The notes under the pieces: generated by a model | What the model saw: the letters and a program-made list of their open reading frames with translations, nothing else | What the model was told of the DNA's origin: nothing | The model's database searches: none | Shown: positions 1 through 10,125 of the stretch, in pieces | Layout of the letters: each line of letters begins with the position of its first letter | Position numbering within the stretch: position 1 is the first letter of the stretch | Position numbers and translations under genes: made by a program | Origin: Maledivibacter sp. | Lineage (GTDB): Bacteria > Bacillota > Clostridia > Peptostreptococcales > Caminicellaceae | Length of the DNA: 64,000 nt | NCBI GenBank assembly: GCA_025210375.1 | Contig: JAOASB010000016.1 | Coordinates: 32,498 to 96,497 of the forward strand | Reading direction: 5' to 3'

Positions 1-1246
1 AGGGATTGATATCCTGTGTCTGCTCAATACCTATTGGTTTAAACTTAAATATCTCACGATATTTGAGCCTTCCACCTTCATAACCCTCAAGCTCAGATAT
101 ACTCATTATCTTTCTACTTCCATCCTTTAATTTTTTTTGAAATATACACAGGGGAAATGCATTGATAATCATATCGAGTATCATATCTTGTGTAAGGGTG
201 GTTGAACCCATCATATACATTTGAAGTACCCTTGTTGGTGCATCGGCTGGGCCATTGGCATGAAAGGAATTGTAAATCTGATGCCCTGTATTTGCGGCTG
301 CAACAACGGTTTGTGCCTCTTGTCCCCTCATTTCTCCCAAGACCATTGTTTCAGGTGATTGTCTCAGGGAATGAATAAGTAGGTCAAGAAGGGAAACTCC
401 GTTTCTTGTTTCCCAAGCAATTGCTCCTTTAACATTGAGTTCAGCAGTATCTTCCATAGTTATAATCCTTCGATCACCATTTTTTTCAACTAATCTGGTG
501 AGGATGGTTTGTAATGTTGCAGTTTTACCACTATTAGTTGGTCCTATTACCATATTAGAAATCTCTGATTCCCCTAACACATCCAGAAATTCAAACATAT
601 TTTTAGTGGCAGTCCCAAAGTCAATTAATTTTTCAGCAGTAAAAACCTCTTTTTTTTGCTTTCGTATAGTAAGATTTATACCACTTAGGGCATTTGGGGA
701 TATTATACAAGCAACTCTTTGTCCATTTTTTAATCTCGCATCTACAATAGGTGAAGATGGGGAGAGGGTTTTACCCACAGTTCTTACAATTTTTTTAGCA
801 ATATTTATGGCCACATTTTCAGATGTAAATTTTTTACCTGTATAATATTCTCTACCGTCTACTACTATCCTTATATCAAAGGGAGAGTTTACCCTTATTT
901 CCTCTACACTTTCATTTTCAAGGTATTCAGTTATAACCCCAAAATCCAAAATTTCTAGATTTATAGCCTTTATGGTTTCATCTAGTCCATCTACACCTTC
1001 AACTTTTATGGCTCTAGTCCTAACAAACTCTGCTACCTTTTCCTTAATCTTTTCCCTAGCATAATCATTTGACAATGTATCCTCAAATAGATCGGAATAA
1101 TTATTTGTAAGGTATTTCCTAACTTCGTCTACTGAATTTTCTAATGCCCTTTCAGTTCCCTCTGTGATGGTAGACTTAATCTCTCTTCTTTTTTGAATAC
1201 CTGCTAAGTATTTAGCTTCATTAATATTAGGTATAAAATTATTCAT
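1..1246 (-). CDS. CpaF/TadA-type secretion ATPase of a Tad/Flp-like pilus locus; C-terminus runs off the window start
   Basis: Own minus-strand translation from the ATG at 1246-1244 gives MNNFIPNINEAKYLAG.... Walker A is GPTNSGKT (codon ending at 521). LGEMRGQEA and TGHQIYNSFHANG motifs are typical of CpaF/VirB11-like ATPases. The start overlaps the upstream ParA-like gene by 8 nt. It is absent from the ORF track because no stop lies inside the window. Confidence 0.8.
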   Translation of the reverse strand, partial: MNNFIPNINEAKYLAGIQKRREIKSTITEGTERALENSVDEVRKYLTNNYSDLFEDTLSNDYAREKIKEKVAEFVRTRAIKVEGVDGLDETIKAINLEILDFGVITEYLENESVEEIRVNSPFDIRIVVDGREYYTGKKFTSENVAINIAKKIVRTVGKTLSPSSPIVDARLKNGQRVACIISPNALSGINLTIRKQKKEVFTAEKLIDFGTATKNMFEFLDVLGESEISNMVIGPTNSGKTATLQTILTRLVEKNGDRRIITMEDTAELNVKGAIAWETRNGVSLLDLLIHSLRQSPETMVLGEMRGQEAQTVVAAANTGHQIYNSFHANGPADAPTRVLQMYMMGSTTLTQDMILDMIINAFPLCIFQKKLKDGSRKIMSISELEGYEGGRLKYREIFKFKPIGIEQTQDINP

Positions 1247-2090
1247 TGGTTACACCTACCTCAGTATTCCCTTGTTTCTTCTTATTCCTTGTTCTTAAAA
1301 ATGAAAGAAATTTTCTATTGATGTTTACTACTTCTTCATCGGTATCTTCCCTTAAAAGTACTTCATGTAGATTTTTTATTTGCCTTTGAACCACTCTATC
1401 TTTTATATTCCCTCCTGCATCAAATATTGTTTTCCCTTCATTCATATCCTTTATTACATTTCTACTAAAGGGTATAAAGCCTACGGGCTTTATATTAGTT
1501 ATGGATTCTATATCTTTTAAATCCATTATGCCGATATCCTTATTAACGATAAGTACAAGCTTATCCTTTTTTATGTTCAGTTCGTCGAACTGTCTAAGAT
1601 ATTTTTTTAAAGCAAACAAGCTATTGATATCATTATCAATTACAATGACAATTTTCTCTGCATAAAACCAGCCTATGTAGCTTGTAAATTCAATATAGGA
1701 AGTAGGTAAATCTATAAACAACAGGTTGAATTTTTCCCTAGATATTTTCAAAAGTCTTTCTATATGATTTTGTTGTAGTTCATGTAGACTATCTACTTTA
1801 TCACTTGGATTAAGGCCTAGGACGAAAAGATATTTCTGCTCCCTATTGTTTTCATGAAAATTAACTATTACATCCCTATCGTTGTCAGTAAATAAAGCAT
1901 TTTTGAGGCTCTTATCCTTATCAAGCTTTATATTCAATAAGTGGGGAAGTGATGAATATTGTCTGTTAAAGTCTATAGCGCCGGTTAAATAGCCCTGCAT
2001 TGCTGAATACTTTGCTAATGCTGCTGTTAAAAAGCTTGTCCCCGTCCCGGACTTTGGACTCCATACAGCAAAAACTTTTTTATCAATCAT
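1239..2090 (-). CDS. ParA/MinD-superfamily (CpaE/TadZ-like) protein with degenerate P-loop
   Basis: 283-aa ORF. The N-terminal VFAVWSPKSGTGTSFLTAALA resembles the deviant Walker A, but the GK[ST] lysine is replaced by Thr. Its ends overlap both neighbouring genes, which suggests translational coupling. Confidence 0.6.
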   Translation of the reverse strand: MIDKKVFAVWSPKSGTGTSFLTAALAKYSAMQGYLTGAIDFNRQYSSLPHLLNIKLDKDKSLKNALFTDNDRDVIVNFHENNREQKYLFVLGLNPSDKVDSLHELQQNHIERLLKISREKFNLLFIDLPTSYIEFTSYIGWFYAEKIVIVIDNDINSLFALKKYLRQFDELNIKKDKLVLIVNKDIGIMDLKDIESITNIKPVGFIPFSRNVIKDMNEGKTIFDAGGNIKDRVVQRQIKNLHEVLLREDTDEEVVNINRKFLSFLRTRNKKKQGNTEVGVTNE

Positions 2091-2931
2091 TTACGATAAA
2101 CCCCCCTCCTTGGCTTTCCTTATTATCCTCCAAGGAAGCTTCTACTTTATCTTCTACAGCTTCCTTGGTTTCCTTCAGCTCCTTATTTCCCTTTATGTTG
2201 GCTATTCCCTTCTGGTCTCCCTCATCTACTATTTTTGTTTCTTTTTTCTGCACTAACACTCTAGGTCTTAATGCAAGATGTATTGTCCCATCATAAATTC
2301 CTTTCACAAGCAATTGTTGTTGCTTTATATCAGCCTTAACAGTAACTACTCCTGGCACTATGGAATTATTAATATTGGCATTTCCACTTTTAGCATCTTC
2401 TATGGAAATACCATTTTTGTTTGCCACTTTAATTACTTCTAATTTAGAAAGCTCATCATAAGTCAACACTTGACTTTCAGTATCTCTATCCCTGGCTTGT
2501 TTATATATTATTACCCGTACTTGGTCTCCTTTTTTAGGTATTCCTCCTACACATTTTGAAAGATCGGTTTCAAAGCTTATCCCATCAACAGATGTGTCTT
2601 CATACAGAAAAGCTTCGTCGGGGATTTTCTTATCTTGAAAGTATTTCCCTATAGCAAATTCGTCTTTATGCATCGGAACCATAGCATACTTGCCAATAAT
2701 CTCATTAGAGTCAGTAACAATATACTTAGGCAGATTATAGCTTCCTATTTCTATTACCTCGACGTGTTCATTCTTAACCTTCTGATTTTTCCCTATATTC
2801 TCTTTAAGTCTTACTACCATAGTCGTTTGCCTAGTTTTCTCCATATCCTTAGGTACAAGATAAAAACCTGTTGCGATGGCAACAAATAGTGCAATGATAA
2901 TGATAAAAATACTCTTTAGTCTTCCCTTCAT
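2083..2931 (-). CDS. Flp pilus assembly protein CpaB/RcpC-like (N-terminal TM helix, SAF-like region)
   Basis: 282-aa ORF with N-terminal hydrophobic helix IFIIIIALFVAIATGFYLV. Its position between a TadZ-like and a ParA-like gene upstream of cpaF matches tad locus organisation. Confidence 0.6.
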   Translation of the reverse strand: MKGRLKSIFIIIIALFVAIATGFYLVPKDMEKTRQTTMVVRLKENIGKNQKVKNEHVEVIEIGSYNLPKYIVTDSNEIIGKYAMVPMHKDEFAIGKYFQDKKIPDEAFLYEDTSVDGISFETDLSKCVGGIPKKGDQVRVIIYKQARDRDTESQVLTYDELSKLEVIKVANKNGISIEDAKSGNANINNSIVPGVVTVKADIKQQQLLVKGIYDGTIHLALRPRVLVQKKETKIVDEGDQKGIANIKGNKELKETKEAVEDKVEASLEDNKESQGGGFIVND

Positions 2932-2944
2932 TCTTCTTTACCTC

Positions 2945-4309
2945 CTATATGCTAAATATCTTTTTCAACAATCCTTTTTTACCAGACTCCCCTATATTTG
3001 TCCTGTATAATGCTCTAGCAATTCTTTCAATACTATTGTCAAACTCAATATTCTTCCCATAGGCCGCCTCTCTATTTGCCATGGCTTCAGCTATGAGTTC
3101 GAGTCTATTAGGTATAAAAAACATCCCATCAAAATCCAAACTATATTTTTTTACTCCAAATAATTCAATGTCCTTAAAATACTGCTTTATCTCTTTGTTT
3201 GAAAGATTTTTTATATTTATATCCTTGTTTATAACTAATTTTAGTTTCCTAAGGTTATGGCTTTTTAAGGGTAATTTATAGGGAATGCCATTTAATGTTG
3301 ATAGCATTTTATCGGCTACTATTATTTTCTCATCGCACAAACATAGTATTTCGTTGATAAGCTCATTATCTAAACATCTAGATATATCAATAATCACAAT
3401 ATTACTTTCACTATTTCTAACTATAGTATTTATCATATCCTCAGTTACTTTATAAATAGAATCCCTGTGATCAGTAAAAAGCTTAAGTCTTTTAGTAATA
3501 TTTATTTCATAGGAGGAAATACTATCAATTTCTTTTTGATCCTGTGTATCCTTATATAGCCTTTGCATTTTTAAATAGTCTGAGCTATCTATAGAAAAAT
3601 AATATAGCATATCCTTTTTAAAATAGTCAGTATCAACTAAAGTCACATTTAATTTATTCTTTGCGTAGCACATAGCCAAATTAACGGCTAAAGTAGTTTT
3701 ACCCACGGAATATGAACTATATATACCTATTATTTTTTGATAGTCTTTTGGTGTTCTATATACGATTCTTTCCTTTACCACAATAGCTTTTTTACCACCA
3801 TCTTTAGTTATATTCATTTTGATATCTTCTAAGGAAGTTCTTATTGAATTATCATAGATTTTCTCTGTTTCATCTGTATTTATTGATAATCCATAATAAC
3901 TTTTAGCTTCATTTTCCGCTCTGGGATTTAAAGAAATATAAACAATATTTGATATGCTAGCATCCTTAATAAATAGGCAGTTATAGATTCCCATATCATA
4001 AATATTTCTTATGTAATTTGATTCATGATATTTGTTGTTAAGGATATATACTATATTAAGTTTTGGAAATCTGGATCTAATATTATTTAGATATTCCTCT
4101 TGTATAGGTTGATTATGTTTCTCCACATCCCCTTCAATAATCAGAATATTATATTCCCCATCTTCATTGAGAATTTTCTCTATTTCAAATAACCGAGATA
4201 CCTTACTTATTTGTGGAAGTTGAGATTTCTTTTTAAATTCATTATAAAATCCTTTAATCAGTTGCTCATTCCCATTAGAAGCCTTAAAAGCCAATAGAAC
4301 TTTAATCAT
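2945..4309 (-). CDS. TadZ/CpaE-like protein: N-terminal receiver-like domain plus ParA-type ATPase domain
   Basis: The ORF extends to 4357, but the ATG at 4309 has a GGAGA 8 nt upstream. The protein begins MIKVLLAFKASNG..., a receiver-like alternating pattern. P-loop IIGIYSSYSVGKTTLAVNLA lies at about residue 210. Confidence 0.6.
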   Translation of the reverse strand: MIKVLLAFKASNGNEQLIKGFYNEFKKKSQLPQISKVSRLFEIEKILNEDGEYNILIIEGDVEKHNQPIQEEYLNNIRSRFPKLNIVYILNNKYHESNYIRNIYDMGIYNCLFIKDASISNIVYISLNPRAENEAKSYYGLSINTDETEKIYDNSIRTSLEDIKMNITKDGGKKAIVVKERIVYRTPKDYQKIIGIYSSYSVGKTTLAVNLAMCYAKNKLNVTLVDTDYFKKDMLYYFSIDSSDYLKMQRLYKDTQDQKEIDSISSYEINITKRLKLFTDHRDSIYKVTEDMINTIVRNSESNIVIIDISRCLDNELINEILCLCDEKIIVADKMLSTLNGIPYKLPLKSHNLRKLKLVINKDINIKNLSNKEIKQYFKDIELFGVKKYSLDFDGMFFIPNRLELIAEAMANREAAYGKNIEFDNSIERIARALYRTNIGESGKKGLLKKIFSI

Positions 4310-4486
4310 AAAACCATCTCCAAATTTTGTATAATTCCTTATTATGAATTTTCTCATACATTTTGTTCTAATGCAACAAAATTTTGTATTTTTCTTCTTT
4401 TTATTTCTTTTTATATCATTTATTACCTGTTAATATTAGTCATTTTTCGACATGTTTCCCATTTTCCCAAACTTATTTTTTTGCAT

Positions 4487-4523
4487 AAAAAAAAGACCAT
4501 CAATTGAAGATAGTCTTTTTTTT
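4487..4523 (-). terminator. Rho-independent terminator after ftsZ (hairpin flanked by A and T tracts, so potentially bidirectional)
   Basis: The minus strand reads AAGACTATC-ttcaatt-GATGGTCTT followed by TTTTTTT, about 20 nt after the ftsZ stop. Confidence 0.7.
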
Positions 4524-4544
4524 AGAAATATAGTTATGTAATTT

Positions 4545-5645
4545 TTATCTTTTTCTCCTTAAAAATGTAGGAATATCTAACAATTCACTATCATTTTCCT
4601 CTGGCTTTGTTTCTTCCTCTTTTTCAGCAACATTATTATTATCACTAGCATTGCTTATTTTATTAATATTATTAATGGTGTTAGTAGTACTATTGCTATG
4701 GAACCCAGTGGCAATCACTGTGATTCTAAGCTCGTCCTTTAATGCTTCATCTATAACAGCACCAAATATGATATTAGCATCTGGGTCAGCGGCTTGAGAA
4801 ACTATTTCTGCCGCTTCATTCACCTCAAATAGTCCAAGATTTGAGCCACCTGTTATATTAAGCAATACTCCCTTAGCTCCATTGATAGATGTTTCTAACA
4901 ACGGACTTTGGATAGCAAGCTTAGCTGCCTCCGCAGCTCTATTTTCACCATTAGCTTTTCCAGTTCCCATATGGGCTAATCCTTGCTCATACATTATGGT
5001 TTTTACATCGGCAAAATCCAGATTAACCAAGCCTGGAATAGCTATAAGATCCGATATACCTTGTACACCTTGTTTTAAAACATCGTCAGCTATTTTAAAG
5101 GCATCCATCATCGAAGTTTTCTTTTCAACTATTTGAAGTAATCTATCATTAGGAATGGTAACCAAAGTATCAACCTTTGACTTCAACTCATCTATTCCCT
5201 TTTCAGCATGCATCATTCTTCTTTTACCTTCAAACATGAAGGGCTTTGTCACAACCCCTACTGTAAGAATTCCCATATCCTTGGCAATCTCAGCAACTAT
5301 TGGAGCTGCCCCTGTACCAGTTCCTCCACCCATTCCAGCAGTTATGAAAACCATGTCTGCACCTTGAAGGGCTTGATATATATCATCTCTACTCTCTTCT
5401 GCCGCCTTTTTTCCTACTTCTGGATTAGCCCCTGCTCCTAATCCCCTTGTTAATTTTTCACCAATTTGAATCTTATACTCTGCTTTTGAAGTATATAGTG
5501 CTTGTTTATCAGTATTTACAACTATAAACTGTACACCCTTTAAGTTTGATTCTATCATTCTATTGACAGCATTATTTCCGCCGCCACCAACGCCTATAAC
5601 TTTTATTTGTGCAAATTGTTCTACATCAATATCGAACTCTAACAC
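4545..5645 (-). CDS. ftsZ: Cell division GTPase FtsZ
   Basis: 366 aa. Contains [13 protein letters not shown] and the tubulin signature [10 protein letters not shown], plus the C-terminal DIPTFLRR peptide. Confidence 0.98.
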   Translation of the reverse strand: MLEFDIDVEQFAQIKVIGVGGGGNNAVNRMIESNLKGVQFIVVNTDKQALYTSKAEYKIQIGEKLTRGLGAGANPEVGKKAAEESRDDIYQALQGADMVFITAGMGGGTGTGAAPIVAEIAKDMGILTVGVVTKPFMFEGKRRMMHAEKGIDELKSKVDTLVTIPNDRLLQIVEKKTSMMDAFKIADDVLKQGVQGISDLIAIPGLVNLDFADVKTIMYEQGLAHMGTGKANGENRAAEAAKLAIQSPLLETSINGAKGVLLNITGGSNLGLFEVNEAAEIVSQAADPDANIIFGAVIDEALKDELRITVIATGFHSNSTTNTINNINKISNASDNNNVAEKEEETKPEENDSELLDIPTFLRRKR

Positions 5646-5805
5646 GAAATAACCCCCTTCATGTCGATTAACTATATGGAATAATAGTAAACTGTATTCT
5701 CTTATTATTTACTAAGTATTTTATCATTTCCTAGTTAATTGTTAAATAATATAATACTACTATTTCAACATAATTTCTTAATTTCCTTCTTTAAAACTAA
5801 AATAA

Positions 5806-6156
5806 TTACCTATTGTTAAATTTTACAATTAACATTCTTCTGATTATTGCAAAGTTCTGGAACAATCTTGACCCAAATGTGAATATAGCTGCATAATAAA
5901 GAGGTACACCCATTTTGTCACCAATATAGGCCAATAGTCCTGCTATAACAGCATTACCTATGAAACCAGTAACAAAGATGGTTGAGTTGAACTTATTTTC
6001 TAAACTAGCCCTAATCGCTCCAAAAACTGAATCGATCGCAGCCAGTAAAGCAACGGATGTATACGCCGAGTAAATCATGGGAAAGGTTATTGGCAAATAA
6101 AAACCTACCACCAATCCTATTATAATACCAAAGATTGCTATAATCAACTTGTTCAC
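5806..6156 (-). CDS. sbp: Small basic protein Sbp (DUF1290)
   Basis: 116-aa membrane protein whose sequence VALLAAIDSVFGAIRA...GDKMGVPLYYAAIFTFGSRLFQNFAIIRR matches the Sbp family pattern. Position after the DUF881 genes is as in Bacillus dcw clusters. Confidence 0.75.
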   Translation of the reverse strand: MNKLIIAIFGIIIGLVVGFYLPITFPMIYSAYTSVALLAAIDSVFGAIRASLENKFNSTIFVTGFIGNAVIAGLLAYIGDKMGVPLYYAAIFTFGSRLFQNFAIIRRMLIVKFNNR

Positions 6157-6870
6157 CTACTTTTTTGTTATTGTTTGTTTATTCATTAAATCCATATCAT
6201 ATTTTGGAATTTTTATATAGGTACTTGAATTAACTTCAACAAAAATACCATAAAGCTTTAGCATGTAACCATATGCCATAGGAGCATTAATTGCGGCCTC
6301 AAGATGCTGTGGATCTCCAATAGCCCTTATGACAAATGGATGTCCATATTCTTCTCCATTGATTCTAATAGTGTAGCCAGAGCAATCAATCTCTGATGTA
6401 GATATTACTCTTTGTTTATTTATGGATATAGCTTCAGCACCTGCTGATTTTAGATCATTTACTATATTTAGCACATCTACATCATGGACTAATACATCGG
6501 CAGCATCTTCTCCCTCATACAACTCTCTGGTAGCATCATCCATTATAACAACGACTCCCGGTCCATAAACATCAGTAAGTCCCGAAATAGTCTTATAATC
6601 ATTTATCTCTCTATACAATAATTCCGTTATATCCCCATCCTTAATTTTTGTCAATCTAAATTCATTAATTTTATTTTTACGATCTTCTATCACTGTTTTG
6701 AGTTTAATTATTTCAGCCTTTTCCTTCTCCAAGCTCTTCTTAAAATCCTGAATTTCATTTAAAGATACATATTCATAATCACCATTCATACTCTTAAATT
6801 GAAATGAAATTAGAATACCTAAAATAACTGTCAGAATCAGAATATTTAGCCTTACATAATTTTTTTCCAT
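6157..6870 (-). CDS. DUF881 (YlxX/YlxW-like) division-cluster protein
   Basis: 237 aa with N-terminal TM helix, a coiled-coil segment and the VYGPGVVVIMDD motif typical of DUF881. The stop abuts the sbp start. Confidence 0.75.
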   Translation of the reverse strand: MEKNYVRLNILILTVILGILISFQFKSMNGDYEYVSLNEIQDFKKSLEKEKAEIIKLKTVIEDRKNKINEFRLTKIKDGDITELLYREINDYKTISGLTDVYGPGVVVIMDDATRELYEGEDAADVLVHDVDVLNIVNDLKSAGAEAISINKQRVISTSEIDCSGYTIRINGEEYGHPFVIRAIGDPQHLEAAINAPMAYGYMLKLYGIFVEVNSSTYIKIPKYDMDLMNKQTITKK

Positions 6871-6888
6871 TAAATCACTCCAAAGCTA

Positions 6889-7614
6889 TTATTCGTCAAC
6901 AGGCTTAGCAAGCTTATATTTAACTACATCATTATATCTATCGATTTCTAGCTCATCAAGCTTTTTAATATCTACCTGTAGATTTAAGATTTCCCTCATC
7001 TCACCTACTATTCCATATCTCCAATCTAAAGCTGATTTCAATGTATCAGCATCACCAATAGTTTTTATAACAATAGGTGGTGCAGTAGGCACAGAGTTGA
7101 TTTGTAAACTATTACCCGCCAGTTGTATTTCAGTATTTGCTATGATCCTTTGACCATTTATAGATATTGCCTCGGCACCAGCTGAGTTTAGATAGTTTAT
7201 TATTCTTAGCAAATAATCATATCTATACATGATAACACTACCATCTACATCGTATCCAAGTTCCTTTGGGGGATCATCTATAATCACTTCTATACCAGGC
7301 CCTTTAACCCTTGTAAAACCACCAATCACCTTGTACTTTTCAAGTTCTTCATTTAACCTTTTTATTATTGCACTACCCTCTGAAGCAGATTCTTCAATCT
7401 CTTTAAGCTTTTGCTCATAGGAATATAATTCCTCGGTTAAAGTTTGCTTTTCCTCCTGGGCCTTTTTTAATTCACCCTTCAACTCTAAGAGCCTTTGGCT
7501 AGGGACTCCCCCTTCTAAATAATTAGCCTGTACTATTCTAAATTGTAGAGCTAACACAATTCCCAGAATAGCACACATAAATCCCAGTAAAGCTTTGTCC
7601 TTAAAACTCTTCAC
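6889..7614 (-). CDS. DUF881 (YlxW/YlxX-like) division-cluster protein
   Basis: 241 aa, paralogous layout to the previous gene (TM helix, coiled coil, VKGPGIEVIIDD). Confidence 0.75.
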   Translation of the reverse strand: MKSFKDKALLGFMCAILGIVLALQFRIVQANYLEGGVPSQRLLELKGELKKAQEEKQTLTEELYSYEQKLKEIEESASEGSAIIKRLNEELEKYKVIGGFTRVKGPGIEVIIDDPPKELGYDVDGSVIMYRYDYLLRIINYLNSAGAEAISINGQRIIANTEIQLAGNSLQINSVPTAPPIVIKTIGDADTLKSALDWRYGIVGEMREILNLQVDIKKLDELEIDRYNDVVKYKLAKPVDE

Positions 7615-7625
7615 ATTAATGCCTC

Positions 7626-8378
7626 CTATTCTCCAAAAGGACTGTAGGTAGGATAGCCATCATGGCTTATATCAACAGTTCCTGAATTAACATTTTTACC
7701 TATTAAATCATCATATATTGCTTCAAAAATCTTAAATCTTTTAGTTAAGTTTTCTCCGCTTCCAAATTCAACTTTGAATTTCTCATTTATATACAAAGTA
7801 ATATTTTCATTATTGTAAACAATTCTGGGTCTAAAGATTAAATTTGAATTCTCCATGAGCGTACACAAAGCCACGGCCTTATTTAAAGCTTCTTCATTTT
7901 CTACTTTTATACTTTCCCCCTCTAAAAAGCTTTCAAATTCAAAACCTTCAATAACGCATATATCATTTATATCATGGGAAGTATATAAAATAACTCCTTC
8001 ATCGTCTATGATAAAATATATACCCATATAGGATGCCGCTGCTAACTTTTTTCTTTCAACAACGTCAATCATTAGCTTATTAGGCAACTTCCTTTTGATT
8101 GTTACATCCTTTACTAGTGGACATTTTATTATCTTATCTCCTGCTTCAGATAATTTGATTTTAAAAATATTTTCACCCATCTGTATTCCCGAATAAGAAA
8201 TAATCTCTTCATTAGTAAGCACTTCATTATTGACAACGAATATATTACTTATATCAAAGAAATTAGTTTTGAATAGGATAATAAATATTATTGCAGACAA
8301 TAAAAAAAATATAAGGAAATACAATCTTATTTTACCATATCTTACCTTTTTATCAACCCTATGTTTAGATTTATTCAT
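7626..8378 (-). CDS. ftsQ: Cell division protein FtsQ/DivIB (TM helix plus POTRA)
   Basis: 250 aa with a basic N-terminus, one TM helix and a POTRA-like region (FDISNIFVVNNEVLTNEEI). Position is conserved in the dcw cluster. Confidence 0.75.
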   Translation of the reverse strand: MNKSKHRVDKKVRYGKIRLYFLIFFLLSAIIFIILFKTNFFDISNIFVVNNEVLTNEEIISYSGIQMGENIFKIKLSEAGDKIIKCPLVKDVTIKRKLPNKLMIDVVERKKLAAASYMGIYFIIDDEGVILYTSHDINDICVIEGFEFESFLEGESIKVENEEALNKAVALCTLMENSNLIFRPRIVYNNENITLYINEKFKVEFGSGENLTKRFKIFEAIYDDLIGKNVNSGTVDISHDGYPTYSPFGE

Positions 8379-8567
8379 TTTTTCCCCCTATAAACATCTG
8401 GCATTATAGTATTATACATCAATTGAACAAGATTAGAAAGCCCTGTCATCTTAATTTTTTATGACTTTCTAGAACAATAGGTATCGGTCATCCATTGTTT
8501 TAATCCCAAAATATTCGACCAAAGAGCTATTAAACCTAGCCTTGTGCTTAAATAAACCCTTTAAGTC

Positions 8568-8670
8568 ATATAGATTTCCCAAAGTCAAACTTAATTTATA
8601 CATCTCAAAATATCCGATGCTTCTAGGGATTTTTTATGCATATAAATTAACTGTTTAACTAGAATATATA
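8568..8670. repeat. Family-2 palindromic intergenic repeat, full-length copy (about 103 bp)
   Basis: atatagatttcccaaagtcaaacttaatttatacatctcaaaatatccgatg...tataaattaactgtttaactagaatatata. Its left arm matches the reverse complement of 57815..57868 with one mismatch. Confidence 0.85.
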
Positions 8671-8721
8671 ACACTTGTCCAACTATGGCTATTATAAATA
8701 GCAGCATTTGATGCCGCTATT

Positions 8722-9975
8722 CTACTCCACTCTTTTTATATCAGCGCCCAACTGTTGAAGCATAATGTCTAAATTATCGTATCCTCTTTCTATGTGTTTA
8801 ATGTTCTCAACAATTGTTATGCCCTCCGATGCCAAACCAGCTAAAACTAATGCTGCTCCACCTCGCAAATCCTTAGCTTCAACCTTAGCACCAGTTAATT
8901 TTTCAGTTCCTTTTATAACTGCTACTCTTCCATCGACTTTAATTTTTGCTCCCATTCTCATTAGTTCCTCAGTATGCTTAAATCTGTTTTCAAATACGGT
9001 TTCAGTAACTATACTAGTCCCATTGCCTACAGTCAATAGGGATACAAACTGAGGCTGCATGTCTGTGGGAAATCCGGGATAGGGTAAGGTTCTAATAATA
9101 TCCACAGGTCTTAAGACAGAAGGAGAAATTATTTTTAGCTGATTTTCCTTTTCAATAATTACACATCCAACTTCTTTAAGCTTTGCAATTACAGATACTA
9201 TATGATCCTCTATGACATTAGTAATAGTAATTTTACTTTTAGTTATTGCTGCGGCGACTAAAATAGTACCTGCCACTATTCTATCTGGTATAATCCTATG
9301 CTTTACATCACCTAAGCTATTAACTCCTTGGATTTCTATTATACTACTACCAGCACCTACTATCTTTGCTCCCATACCATTTAAATAGTCTTGCAGGTCA
9401 ACAATCTCTGGCTCCTTTGCCGAATTTCTTATTATGGTTTTACCATTAGCTAAAACTGCTGATAGCATGATGTTTTCCGTAGCCCCAACGCTAGGATAAT
9501 CTAAGTGGATTTCTGCACCCTTTAGCTTTTCGACTTCACATTCAAGGAATCCATGGGCCTCTGAAATTTTTACACCCATTTCCCTTAGCCCCTTTAAATG
9601 TAGGTCTATTGGTCTATGACCAATTTCACACCCACCAGGATAACTAATCTTTATCTTACCAAATCTAGCTAGCATTGGGCCCATTAAGAAAATCGATGAT
9701 CTCATTTCTCTAACAAGGCTTTCATCTATCTCATGGGTGAATATTCCTTTTGAATTGACAACTATTGATTTATCACTTTTTTCCACTTTACACCCTATAG
9801 ACCTAAGAATTTTTATCATGATATCTACATCTCTTAGATTTGGATATCCACCTATAACACTTTCTCCACCATTTATAACTGATGCGGCTAAAATTGGTAA
9901 TACAGCATTTTTAGCTCCACTAATTTCTAATTCTCCCTTTAATTTTTTCCCACCATTAATCAAGTACTTTGACAC
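8722..9975 (-). CDS. murA: UDP-N-acetylglucosamine 1-carboxyvinyltransferase MurA
   Basis: The ORF extends to 10041, but the GTG at 9975 is preceded by GGAGG 8 nt upstream and gives (M)SKYLINGGKKLKGELEISGAKNAVLPILAAS, the canonical MurA N-terminus, about 417 aa. Confidence 0.93.
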   Translation of the reverse strand: MSKYLINGGKKLKGELEISGAKNAVLPILAASVINGGESVIGGYPNLRDVDIMIKILRSIGCKVEKSDKSIVVNSKGIFTHEIDESLVREMRSSIFLMGPMLARFGKIKISYPGGCEIGHRPIDLHLKGLREMGVKISEAHGFLECEVEKLKGAEIHLDYPSVGATENIMLSAVLANGKTIIRNSAKEPEIVDLQDYLNGMGAKIVGAGSSIIEIQGVNSLGDVKHRIIPDRIVAGTILVAAAITKSKITITNVIEDHIVSVIAKLKEVGCVIIEKENQLKIISPSVLRPVDIIRTLPYPGFPTDMQPQFVSLLTVGNGTSIVTETVFENRFKHTEELMRMGAKIKVDGRVAVIKGTEKLTGAKVEAKDLRGGAALVLAGLASEGITIVENIKHIERGYDNLDIMLQQLGADIKRVE

Positions 9976-10125
9976 ATAGTTCACCTCCGAGAGCATTGAG
10001 AAATAAGAAGAATATATAACTATTCTATGCATAGCTCTCACAGGTGTTACAATTACTTGTTAAATTAGACCCAAATTACCCATATAAAGTTCAAAACTCT
10101 AATGACTGCATATGAATAGCTAAGG

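Noticed and set aside
435-845. 136-aa plus-strand ORF in the track. The same applies to similar plus-strand ORFs at 2000..2296, 2635..2889, 3081..3281, 4882..5441 and others.
   Set aside because: They lie antisense to, and entirely inside, well-supported minus-strand genes (cpaF, ParA-like, cpaB, TadZ-like, ftsZ). The translations are low-complexity Ser/Leu/Phe/Ile-rich shadows with no motifs or RBS.
9976-10041. N-terminal extensions in ORF-track models: murA here, plus murD 12590..12670, ADH 48043..48099, ROK kinase 61151..61189, RAYT-like 28971..29018 and TadZ-like 4310..4357
   Set aside because: Internal starts have proper RBS spacing and restore canonical family N-termini. Several extensions overlap upstream genes or run into repeats.
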